Shown one piece after another: positions 12,301-25,600 of a stretch of DNA of 64,000 nt; the first letter of the stretch is position 1; every line of letters begins with the position of its first letter. The notes under the pieces were generated by a model. That model searched no databases. It had not been told where the DNA came from and worked only from the letters and a program-made list of their open reading frames with translations. Position numbers and translations under genes: made by a program. Location: positions 5,146,001 through 5,210,000 of the forward strand of contig JBPQGU010000016.1 in NCBI GenBank assembly GCA_051362555.1, read 5' to 3'. The DNA comes from Lingula anatina (lineage: Eukaryota > Animalia > Brachiopoda).

Positions 12301-15300
12301 ATTGAAGAAATCTCACAGTGCCGGCACTGATCAAAATCACTCAAAATCACCAAAAATCGACCCGTCTCAGATTTTTCCAAAAAGTGACGAAAATCAATCT
12401 ACCACACCTGTCATTCATAAAAAATGTGGAAACGCGCCCGGGTCACTTCATCAAGGCCCCCAATTCTAGCTTTAAAGATGATCCAAAAATGAGCTCTGAG
12501 AACAGAATCTGAGAGGGGGGGTGGAGACACAGTTTTTGCTCTATTTCTTCCTTAATGATGACACCACCACTCTTCCAGCACTTTATTCTTACTACAAATG
12601 ACCGAACACACCTACCTGACACTATAACGAAGAAAAAAATTTTTCATCCCTACCTGGCCAAAATTGAAGAAATCTCACAGTGCCGGCACTGATCAAAATC
12701 ACTCAAAATCACCAAAAATCGACCCGTCTCAGATTTTTCCAAAAAGTGACGAAAATCAATCTACCACACCTGTCATTCATAAAAAATGTGGAAACGCGCC
12801 CGGGTCACTTCATCAAGGCCCCCAATTCTAGCTTTAAAGATGATCCAAAAATGAGCTCTGAGAACAGAATCTGAGAGGGGGGGGGGGGGGAGACACAGTT
12901 TTTGCTCTATTTCTTCCTTAATGATGACACCACCACTCTTCCAGCACTTTATTCTTACTACAAATGACCGAACACACCTACCTGACACTATAACGAAGAA
13001 AAAAATTTTTCATCCCTACCTGGCCAAAATTGAAGAAATCTCACAGTGCCAGCACTGATCAAAATCACTCAAAATCACCAAAAATCGACCCGTCTCAGAT
13101 TTTTCCAAAAAGTGACGAAAATCAATCTACCACACCTGTCATTCATAAAAAATGTGGAAACGCGCCCGGGTCACTTCATCAAGGTCCCCAATTCTAGCTT
13201 TAAAGATGATCCAAAAATGAGCTCTGAGAACAGAATCTGAGAGGGGGGGGTGGGAGACACAGTTTTTGCTCTATTTCTTCCTTAATGATAACACCACCAC
13301 TCTTCCAGCACTTTATTCTTACTACAAATGACCGAACACACCTACCTGACACTATAACGAAGAAAAAAATTTTTCATCCCTACCTGGCCAAAATTGAAGA
13401 AATCTCACAGTGCCGGCACTGATCAAAATCACTCAAAATCACCAAAAATCGACCCGTCTCAGATTTTTCCAAAAAGTGACGAAAATCAATCTACCACACC
13501 TGTCATTCATAAAAAATGTGGAAACGCGCCCGGGTCACTTCATCAAGGCCCCCAATTCTAGCTTTAAAGATGATCCAAAAATGAGCTCTGAGAACAGAAT
13601 CTGAGAGGGGGGGGGGGAGACACAGTTTTTGCTCTATTTCTTCCTTAATGATGACACCACCACTCTTCCAGCACTTTATTCTTACTACAAATGACCGAAC
13701 ACACCTACCTGACACTATAACGAAGAAAAAAATTTTTCATCCCTACCTGGCCAAAATTGAAGAAATCTCACAGTGCCGGCACTGATCAAAATCACTCAAA
13801 ATCACCAAAAATCGACCCGTCTCAGATTTTTCCAAAAAGTCACGAAAATCAATCTACCACACCTGTCATTCATAAAAAATGTGGAAACGCGCCCGGGTCA
13901 CTTCATCAAGGCCCCCAATTCTAGCTTTAAAGATGATCCAAAAATGAGCTCTGAGAACAGAATCTGAGAGGGGGGGGGGAGACACAGTTTTTGCTCTATT
14001 TCTTCCTTAATGATGACACCACCACTCTTCCAGCACTTTATTCTTACTACAAATGACCGAACACACCTACCTGACACTATAACGAAGAAAAAAATTTTTC
14101 ATCCCTACCTGGCCAAAATTGAAGAAATCTCACAGTGCCGGCACTGATCAAAATCACTCAAAATCACCAAAAATCGACCCGTCTCAGATTTTTCCAAAAA
14201 GTGACGAAAATCAATCTACCACACCTGTCATTCATAAAAAATGTGGAAACGCGCCCGGGTCACTTCATTAAGGCCCCCAATTCTAGCTTTAAAGATGATC
14301 CAAAAATGAGCTCTGAGAACAGAATCTGAGAGGGGGGGGGGGGAGACACAGTTTTTGCTCTATTTCTTCCTTAATGATAACACCACCACTCTTCAAGCAC
14401 TTTATTCTTACTACAAATGACCGAACACACCTACCTGACACTATAACGAAGAAAAAAATTTTTCATCCCTACCTGGCCAAAATTGAAGAAATCTCACAGT
14501 GCCGGCACTGATCAAAATCACTCAAAATCACCAAAAATCGACCCGTCTCAGATTTTTCCAAAAAGTGACGAAAATCAATCTACCACACCTGTCATTCATA
14601 AAAAATGTGGAAACGCGCCCGAGTCACTTCATCAAGGCCCCCAATTCTAGCTTTAAAGATGATCCAAAAATGAGCTCTGAGAACAGAATCTGAGAGGGGG
14701 GGGGGGAGACACAGTTTTTGCTCTATTTCTTCCTTAATGATGACACCACCACTCTTCCAGCACTTTATTCTTACTACAAATGACCGAACACACCTACCTG
14801 ACACTATAACGAAGAAAAAAATTTTTCATCCCTACCTGGCCAAAATTGAAGAAATCTCACAGTGCCGGCACTGATCAAAATCACTCAAAATCACCAAAAA
14901 TCGACCCGTCTCAGATTTTTCCAAAAAGTGATGAAAATCAATCTACCACACCTGTCATTCATAAAAAATGTGGAAACGCGCCCGGGTCACTTCATCAAGG
15001 CCCCCAATTCTAGCTTTAAAGATGATCCAAAAATGAGCTCTGAGAACAGAATCTGAGAGGGGGGGGGGGGGGGAGACACAGTTTTTGCTCTATTTCTTCC
15101 TTAATGATGACACCACCACTCTTCCAGCACTTTATTCTTACTACAAATGACCGAACACACCTACCTGACACTATAACGAAGAAAAAAATTTTTCATCCCT
15201 ACCTGGCCAAAATTGAAGAAATCTCACAGTGCCGGCACTGATCAAAATCACTCAAAATCACCAAAAATCGACCCGTCTCAGATTTTTCCAAAAAGTGACG

Positions 15301-17640
15301 AAAATCAATCTACCACACCTGTCATTCATAAAAAATGTGGAAACGCGCCCGGGTCACTTCATCAAGGCCCCCAATTCTAGCTTTAAAGATGATCCAAAAA
15401 TGAGCTCTGAGAACAGAATCTGAGAGGGGGGGGGAGACACAGTTTTTGCTCTATTTCTTCCTTAATGATGACACCACCACTCTTCCAGCACTTTATTCTT
15501 ACTACAAATGACCGAACACACCTACCTGACACTATAACGAAGAAAAAAATTTTTCATCCCTACCTGGCCAAAATTGAAGAAATCTCACAGTGCTGGCACT
15601 GATCAAAATCACTCAAAATCACCAAAAATCGACCCGTCTCAGATTTTTCCAAAAAGTGACGAAAATCAATCTACCACACCTGTCATTCATAAAAAATGTG
15701 GAAACGCGCCCGGGTCACTTCATCAAGGCCCCCAATTCTAGCTTTAAAGATGATCCAAAAATGAGCTCTGAGAACAGAATCTGAGAGGGGGGGGAGACAC
15801 AGTTTTTGCTCTATTTCTTCCTTAATGATGACACCACCACTCTTCCAGCACTTTATTCTTACTACAAATGACCGAACACACCTACCTGACACTATAACGA
15901 AGAAAAAAATTTTTCATCCCTACCTGGCCAAAATTGAAGAAATCTCACAGTGCCGGCACTGATCAAAATCACTCAAAATCACCAAAAATCGACCCGTCTC
16001 AGATTTTTCCAAAAAGTGACGAAAATCAATCTACCACACCTGTCATTCATAAAAAATGTGGAAACGCGCCCGGGTCACTTCATCAAGGCCCCCAATTCTA
16101 GCTTTAAAGATGATCCAAAAATGAGCTCTGAGAACAGAATCTGAGAGGGGGGGGGGAGACACAGTTTTTGCTCTATTTCTTCCTTAATGATGACACCACC
16201 ACTCTTCCAGCACTTTATTCTTACTATAAATGACCGAACACACCTACCTGACACTATAACGAAGAAAAAAATTTTTCATCCCTACCTGGCCAAAATTGAA
16301 GAAATCTCACAGTGCCGGCACTGATCAAAATCACTCAAAATCACCAAAAATCGACCCGTCTCCGATTTTTCCAAAAAGTGACGAAAATCAATCTACCACA
16401 CCTGTCATTCATAAAAAATGTGGAAACGCGCCCGGGTCACTTCATCAAGGCCCCCAATTCTAGCTTTAAAGATGATCCAAAAATGAGCTCTGAGAACAGA
16501 ATCTGAGAGGGGGGGGGGGGGGAGACACAGTTTTTGCTCTATTTCTTCCTTAATGATGACACCACCACTCTTCCAGCAATTTATTCTTACTACAAATGAC
16601 CGAACACACCTACCTGACACTATAACGAAGAAAAAAATTTTTCATCCCTACCTGGCCAAAATTGAAGAAATCTCACAGTGCCGGCACTGATCAAAATCAC
16701 TCAAAATCACCAAAAATCGACCCGTCTCAGATTTTTCCAAAAAGTGACGAAAATCAATCTACCACACCTGTCATTCATAAAAAATGTGGAAACGCGCCCG
16801 GGTCACTTCATCAAGGCCCCCAATTCTAGCTTTAAAGATGATCCAAAAATGAGCTTTGATAACAGAATCTGAGAGGGGGGGGGAGACACAGTTTTTGCTC
16901 TATTTCTTCCTTAATGATGACACCACCACTCTTCCAGCACTTTATTCTTACTACAAATGACCGAACACACCTACCTGACACTATAACGAAGAAAAAAATT
17001 TTTCATCCCTACCTGGCCAAAATTGAAGAAATCTCACAGTGCCGGCACTGATCAAAATCACTCAAAATCACCAAAAATCGACCCGTCTCAGATTTTTCCA
17101 AAAAGTGACGAAAATCAATCTACCACACCTGTCATTCATAAAAAATGTGGAAACGCGCCCGGGTCACTTCATCAAGGCCCCCAATTCTAGCTTTAAAGAT
17201 GATCCAAAAATGAGCTCTGAGAACAGAATCTGAGAGGGGGGGGGGGAGACACAGTTTTTGCTCTATTTCTTCCTTAATGATGACACCACCACTCTTCCAG
17301 CACTTTATTCTTACTACAAATGACCGAACACACCTACCTGACACTATAACGAAGAAAAAAATTTTTCATCCCTACCTGGCCAAAATTGGAGAAATCTCAC
17401 AGTGCCGGCACTGATCAAAATCACTCAAAATCACCAAAAATCGACCCGTCTCAGATTTTTCCAAAAAGTGACGAAAATCAATCTACCACACCTGTCATTC
17501 ATAAAAAATGTGGAAACGCGCCCGGGTCACTTCATCAAGGCCCCCAATTCTAGCTTTAAAGATGATCCAAAAATGAGCTCTGAGAACAGAATCTGAGAGG
17601 GGGGGGGAGACACAGTTTTTGCTCTATTTCTTCCTTAATG

Positions 17641-19640
17641 TTGACACCACCACTCTTCCAGCACTTTATTCTTACTACAAATGACCGAACACACCTACCT
17701 GACACTATAATGAAGAAAAAAAATTTTCATCCCTACCTGGCCAAAATTGAAGAAATCTCACAGTGCCAGCACTGTTCAAAATCACTCAAAATCACCAAAA
17801 ATCGACCCGTCTCCGATTTTTCCAAAAAGTGACGAAAATCAATCTACCACACCTGTCATTCATAAAAAATGTGGAAACGCACCCGGGTCACTTCATCAAG
17901 GCCCCCAATTCTAGCTTTAAAGATGATCCAAAAATAAGCTCTGAGAACAGAATCTGAGAGGGGGGGGGAGACAGAGTTTTTGCTCTATTTCTTCCTTAAT
18001 GTTGACACCACCACTCTTCCAGCACTTTATTCTTACTACAAATGACCGAACACACCTACCTGACACTATAATGAAGAAAAAAAATTTTCATCCCTACCTG
18101 GCCAAAATTGAAGAAATCTCACAGTGCCGGCACTGTTCAAAATCACTCAAAATCACCAAAAATCGACCCGTCTCCGATTTTTCCAAAAAGTGACGAAAAT
18201 CAATCTACCACACCTGTCATTCATAAAAAATGTGGAAATGTGCCCTTGTCACTTAATCAAGGCCCCCAATTCTAGCTTTAAAGATGATCCAAAAATAAGC
18301 TCTGAGAACAGAATCTGAGAGGGGGGGGGGGAGACAGAGTTTTTGCTCTATTTCTTCCTTAATGTTGACACCACCACTCTTCCAGCACTTTATTCTTACT
18401 ACAAATGACCGAACACACCTACCTGACACTATAATGAAGAAAAAAAATTTTCATCCCTACCTGGCCAAAATTGAAAAAATCACACAGTGCCGGCACTGTT
18501 CAAAATCACTCAAAATCACCAAAAATCGACCCGTCTCCGATTTTTCCAAAAAGTGACGAAAATCAATCTACCACACCTGTCATTCATAAAAAATGTGGAA
18601 ACGCGCCCGGGTCACTTCATCAAGGCCCCCAATTCTAGCTTTAAAGATGATCCAAAAATAAGCTCTGAGAACAGAATCTGAGAGGGGGGGGGGGAGACAG
18701 AGTTTTTGCCCTATTTCTTCCTTAATGTTGACACCACCACTCTTCCAGCACTTTATTCTTACTACAAATAACCGAACACACCTACCTGACACTATAATGA
18801 AGAAAAAAAATTTTCATCCCTACCTGCCCAAAATTGAAGAAATCTCACAGTGCCAGCAATGTTCAAAATCACTCAAAATCACCAAAAATCGACCCGTCTC
18901 CGATTTTTCCAAAAAGTGACGAAAATCAATCTACCACACCTGTCATTCATAAAAAATGTGGAAACGCGCCCGGGTCACTTCATCAAGGCCCCCAATTCTA
19001 GCTTTAAAGATGATCCAAAAATAAGCTCTGAGAACAGAATCTGAGAGGGGGGGGGGGGGGAGACAGAGTTTTTGCTCTATTTCTTCCTTAATGTTGACAC
19101 CACCACTCTTCCAGCACTTTATTCTTACTACAAATGACCGAACACACCTACCTGACACTATAATGAAGAAAAAAAATTTTCATCCCTACCTGGCCAAAAT
19201 TGAAGAAATCTCACAGTGCCGGCACTGTTCAAAATCACTCAAAATCACCAAAAATCGACCCGTCTCCGATTTTTCCAAAGAGTGACGAAAATCAATCTAC
19301 CACACCTGTCATTCATAAAAAATGTGGAAACGCGCCCGGGTCACTTCATCAAGGCCCCCAATTCTAGCTTTAAAGATGATCCAAAAATAAGCTCTGAGAA
19401 CAGAATCTAAGAGGGGGGGGGGGGGGGGGAGACAGAGTTTTTGCTCTATTTCTTCCTTAATGTTGACACCACCACTCTTCCAGCACTTTATTCTTACTAC
19501 AAATGACCGAACACACCTACCTGACACTTTAATGAAGAAAAAAAATTTTCATCCCTACCTGGCCAAAATTGAAGAAATCTCACAGTGCCGGCACTGTTCA
19601 AAATCACTCAAAATCACCAAAAATCGACCCGTCTCCGATT
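17641..19640. repeat. Divergent satellite sub-block A' (~5.5 monomers) embedded in array A
   Basis: A run of consecutive monomers with linked variants: ATGTTGAC, AATGAAG, A8T4 instead of A7T5, CACTGTTC, TCTCCGA, AAAATAAGC, GACAGAG. This linked set is absent elsewhere in A. Confidence 0.9.
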
Positions 19641-22600
19641 TTTCCAAAAAGTGACGAAAATCAATCTACCACACCTGTCATTCATAAAAAATGTGGAAAC
19701 GCGCCCGGGTCACTTCATCAAGGCCCCCAATTCTAGCTTTAAAGATGATCCAAAAATGAGCTCTGAGAACAGAATCTGAGAGGGGGGGGGGGAGACACAG
19801 TTTTTGCTCTATTTCTTCCTTAATGATGACACCACCACTCTTCCAGCACTTTATTCTTACTACAAATGACCGAACACACCTACCTGACACTATAACGAAG
19901 AAAAAAATTTTTCATCCCTACCTGGCCAAAATTGGAGAAATCTCACAGTGCCGGCACTGATCAAAATCACTCAAAATCACCAAAAATCGACCCGTCTCAG
20001 ATTTTTCCAAAAAGTGACGAAAATCAATCTACCACACCTGTCATTCATAAAAAATGTGGAAACGCGCCCGGGTCACTTCATCAAGGCCCCCAATTCTAGC
20101 TTTAAAGATGATCCAAAAATGAGCTCTGAGAACAGAATCTGAGAGGGGGGGGGAGACACAGTTTTTGCTCTATTTCTTCCTTAATGATGACAGCACCACT
20201 CTTCCAGCACTTTATTCTTACTACAAATGACCGAACACACCTACCTGACACTATAACGAAGAAAAAAATTTTTCATCCCTACCTGGCCAAAATTGAAGAA
20301 ATCTCACAGTGCCGGCACTGATCAAAATCACTCAAAATCACCAAAAATCGACCCGTCTCAGATTTTTCCAAAAAGTGACGAAAATCAATCTACCACATCT
20401 GTCATTCATAAAAAATGTGGAAACGCGCCCGGGTCACTTCATCAAGGCCCCCAATTCTAGCTTTAAAGATGATCCAAAAATGAGCTCTGAGAACAGAATC
20501 TGAGAGGGGGGGGGGGGGAGACACAGTTTTTGCTCTATTTCTTCCTTAATGATGACACCACCACTCTTCCAGCACTTTATTCTTACTACAAATGACCGAA
20601 CACACCTACCTGACACTATAACGAAGAAAAAAATTTTTCATCCTTACCTGGCCAAAATTGAAGAAATCTCACAGTGCCGGCACTGATCAAAATCACTCAA
20701 AATCACCAAAAATCGACCCGTCTCAGATTTTTCCAAAAAGTGACGAAAATCAATCTACCACACCTGTCATTCATAAAAAATGTGGAAACGCACCCGGGTC
20801 ACTTCATCAAGGCCCCCAATTCTAACTTTAAAGATGATCCAAAAATGAGCTCTGAGAACAGACACAGTTTTTGCTCTATTTCTTCCTTAATGATGACACC
20901 ACCACTCTTCCAGCACTTTATTCTTACTACAAATGACCGAACACACCTACCTGACACTATAACGAAGAAAAAAATTTTTCATCCCTACCTGGCCAAAATT
21001 GAAGAAATCTCACAGTGCCGGCACTGATCAAAATCACTCAAAATCACCAAAAATCGACCCGTCTCAGATTTTTCCAAAAAGTGATGAAAATCAATCTACC
21101 ACACCTGTCATTCATAAAAAATGTGGAAACGCGCCCGGGTCACTTCATCAAGGCCCCCAATTCTAGCTTTAAAGATGATCCAAAAATGAGCTCTGAGAAC
21201 AGAATCTGAGAGGGGGGGGAGACACAGTTTTTGCTCTATTTCTTCCTTAATGATAACACCACCACTCTTCCAGCACTTTATTCTTACTACAAATGACCGA
21301 ACACACCTACCTGACACTATAACGAAGAAAAAAATTTTTCATCCCTACCTGGCCAAAATTGAAGAAATCTCACAGTGCCGGCACTGATCAAAATCACTCA
21401 AAATCACCAAAAATCGACCCGTCTCAGATTTTTCCAAAAAGTGACGAAAATCAATCTACCACACCTGTCATTCATAAAAAATGTGGAAACGCGCCCGGGT
21501 CACTTCATCAAGGCCCCCTATTCTAGCTTTAAAGATGATCCAAAAATGAGCTCTGAGAACAGAATCTGAGGGGGGGGGGGAGACACAGTTTTTGCTCTAT
21601 TTCTTCCTTAATGATGACACCACCACTCTTCCAGCACTTTATTCTTACTACAAATGACCGAACACACCTACCTGACACTATAACTAAGAAAAAAATTTTT
21701 CATCCCTACCTGGCCAAAATTGAAGAAATCTCACAGTGCCGGCACTGATCAAAATCACTCAAAATCACCAAAAATCGACCCGTCTCAGATTTTTCCAAAA
21801 AGTGACGAAAATCAATCTACCACACCTTTCATTCATAAAAAATGTGGAAACGCGCCCGGGTCACTTCATCTAGGCCCCCAATTCTAGCTTTAAAGATGAT
21901 CCAAAAATGAGCTCTGAGAACAGAATCTGAGAGGGGGGGGGGGGGAGACACAGTTTTTGTTCTATTTCTTCCTTAATGATGACACCACCACTCTTCCAGC
22001 ACTTTATTCTTACTACAAATGACCGAACACACCTACCTGACACTATAACGAAGAAAAAAATTTTTCATCCCTACCTGGCCAAAATTGAAGAAATCTTACA
22101 GTGCCGGCACTGATCAAAATCACTCAAAATCACCAAAAATCGACCCGTCTCAGATTTTTCTAAAAAGTGACGAAAATCAATCTACCATACCTGTCATTCA
22201 TAAAAAATGTGGAAACGCGCCCGGGTCACTTCATCAAGGCCCCCAATTCTAGCTTTAAAGATGATCCAAAAATGAGCTCTGAGAACAGAATCTGAGAGGG
22301 GGGGGAGACACAGTTTTTGCTCTATTTCTTCCTTAATGATGACACCACCACTCTTCCAGCACTTTATTCTTACTACAAATGACCGAACACACCTACCTGA
22401 CACTATAACGAAGAAAAAAATTTTTCATCCCTACCTGGCCAAAATTGAAGAAATCTCACAGTGCCGGCACTGATCAAAATCACTCAAAATCACCAAAAAT
22501 CGACCCGTCTCAGATTTTTCCAAAAAGTGACGAAAATCAATCTACCACACCTGTCATTCATAAAAAATGTGGAAACGCGCCCGGGTCACTACATCAAGGC

Positions 22601-25600
22601 CCCCAATTCTAGCTTTAAAGATGATCCAAAAATGAGCTCTGAGAACAGAATCTGAGAGGGGGGGGGGGAGACAGTTTTTGCTCTATTTCTTCCTTAATGA
22701 TGACAGCACCACTCTTCCAGCACTTTATTCTTACTACAAATGACCGAACACACCTACCTGACACTATAACGAAGAAAAAAATTTTTCATCCCTACCTGGC
22801 CAAAATTGAAGAAATCTCACAGTGCACTGATCAAAATCACTCAAAATCACCAAAAATCGACCCGTCTCAGATTTTTCCAAAAAGTGATGAAAATCAATCT
22901 ACCACACCTGTCATTCATAAAAAATGTGGAAACGCGCCCGGGTCACTTCATCAAGGCCCCCAATTCTAGCTTTAAAGATGATCCAAAAATGAGCTCTGAG
23001 AACAGAATCTGAGAGGGGGGGGGGAGACAGTCTTTGCTCTATTTCTTCCTTAATGATGACACCACCACTCTTCCAGCACTTTATTCTTACTACAAATGAC
23101 CGAACACACCTACCTGACACTATAACGAAGAAAAAAATTTTTCATCCCTACCTGGCCAAAATTGAAGAAATCTCACAGTGCACTGATCAAAATCACTCAA
23201 AATCACCAAAAATCGACCCCTCTCAGATTTTTCCAAAAAGTGATGAAAATCAATCTACCACACCTGTCATTCATAAAAAATGTGGAAACGCGCCCGGGTC
23301 ACTTCATCAAGGCCCCCAATTCTAGCTTTAAAGATGATCCAAAAATGAGCTCTGAGAACAGAATCTGAGAGGGGGGGGGGGGGAGACACAGTTTTTGCTC
23401 TATTTCTTCCTTAATGATGACACCACCACTCTTCCAGCACTTTATTCTTACTACAAATGACCGAACACACCTACCTGACACTATAACGAAGAAAAAAATT
23501 TTTCATCCCTACCTGGCCAAAATTGAAGAAATCTCACAGTGCCGACACTGATCAAAATCACTCAAAATAACCAAAAATCGACCCGTCTCAGATTTTTCCA
23601 AAAAGTGACGAAAATCAATCTACCACACCTGTCATTCATAAAAAATGTGGAAACGCGCCCGGGTCACTTCATCAAGGACCCCAATTCTAGCTTTAAAGAT
23701 GATCCAAAAATGAGCTCTGAGAACAGAATCTGAGAGGGGGGGGGGAGACACAGTTTTTGCTCTATTTCTTCCTTAATGATGACACCACCACTCTTCCAGC
23801 ACTTTATTCTTACTACAAATGACCGAACACACCTACCTGACACTATAACGAAGAAAAAAATTTTTCATCCCTACCTGGCCAAAATTGAAGAAATCTCACA
23901 GTGCCGGCACTGATCAAAATCACTCAAAATCACCAAAAATCGACCCGTCTCAGATTTTTCCAAAAAGTGACGAAAATCAATCTACCACACCTGTCATTCA
24001 TAAAAAATGTGGAAACGCGCCCGGGTCACTTCATCAAGGCCCCCAATTCTAGCTTTAAAGATGATCCAAAAATGAGCTCTGAGAACAGAATCTGAGAGGG
24101 GGGGGGGGAGACACAGTTTTTGCTCTATTTCTTCCTTAATGATGACACCACCACTCTTCCAGCACTTTATTCTTACTACAAATGACCGAACACACCTACC
24201 TGACACTATAACGAAGAAAAAATTTTTTCATCCCTACCTGGCCAAAATTGAAGAAATCTCACAGTGCCGGCACTGATCAAAATCACTCAAAATCACCAAA
24301 AATCGACCCGTCTCAGATTTTTCCAAAAAGTGACGAAAATCAATCTACCACACCTGTCATTCATAAAAAATGTGGAAACGCGCCCGGGTCACTTCATCAA
24401 GGCCCCCAATTCTAGCTTTAAAGATGATCCAAAAATGAGCTCTGAGAACAGAATCTGAGAGGGGGGGGGAGACACAGTTTTTGCTCTATTTCTTCCTTAA
24501 TGATGACACCACCACTCTTCCAGCACTTTATTCTTACTACAAATGACCGAACACACCTACCTGACACTATAACGAAGAAAAAAATTTTTCATCCCTACCT
24601 GGCCAAAATTGAAGAAATCTCACAGTGCCGGCACTGATCAAAATCACTCAAAATCACCAAAAATCGACCCGTCTCAGATTTTTCCAAAAAGGGACGAAAA
24701 TCAATCTACCACACCTGTCATTCATAAAAAATGTGGAAACGCGCCCGGGTCACTTCATCAAGGCCCCCAATTCTAGCTTTAAAGATGATCCAAAAATGAG
24801 CTCTGAGAACAGAATCTGAGAGGGGGGGGGGGGGGAGACACAGTTTTTGCTCTATTTCTTCCTTAATGATGACACCACCACTCTTCCAGCACTTTATTCT
24901 TACTACAAATGACCGAACACACCTACCTGACACTATAACGAAGAAAAAATTTTTTCATCCCTACCTGGCCAAAATTGAAGAAATCTCACAGTGCCGGCAC
25001 TGATCAAAATCACTCAAAATCACCAAAAATCGACCCGTCTCAGATTTTTCCAAAAAGTGACGAAAATCAATCTACCACACCTGTCATTCATAAAAAATGT
25101 GGAAACGCGCCCGGGTCACTTCATCAAGGCCCCCAATTCTAGCTTTAAAGATGATCCAAAAATGAGCTCTGAGAACAGAATCTGAGAGGGGGGGGGGGGG
25201 GAGACACAGTTTTTGCTCTATTTCTTCCTTAATGATGACACCACCACTCTTCCAGCACTTTATTCTTACTACAAATGACCGAACACACCTACCTGACACT
25301 ATAACGAAGAAAAAAATTTTTCATCCCTACCTGGCCAAAATTGAAGAAATCTCACAGTGCCGGCACTGATCAAAATCACTCAAAATCACCAAAAATTGAC
25401 CCGTCTCAGATTTTTCCAAAAAGTGACGAAAATCAATCTACCACACCTGTCATTCATAAAAAATGTGGAAACGCGCCCGGGTCACTTCATCAAGGCCCCC
25501 TATTCTAGCTTTAAAGATGATCCAAAAATGAGCTCTGAGAACAGAATCTGAGAGGGGGGGGGGGAGACACAGTTTTTGCTCTATTTCTTCCTTAATGATG

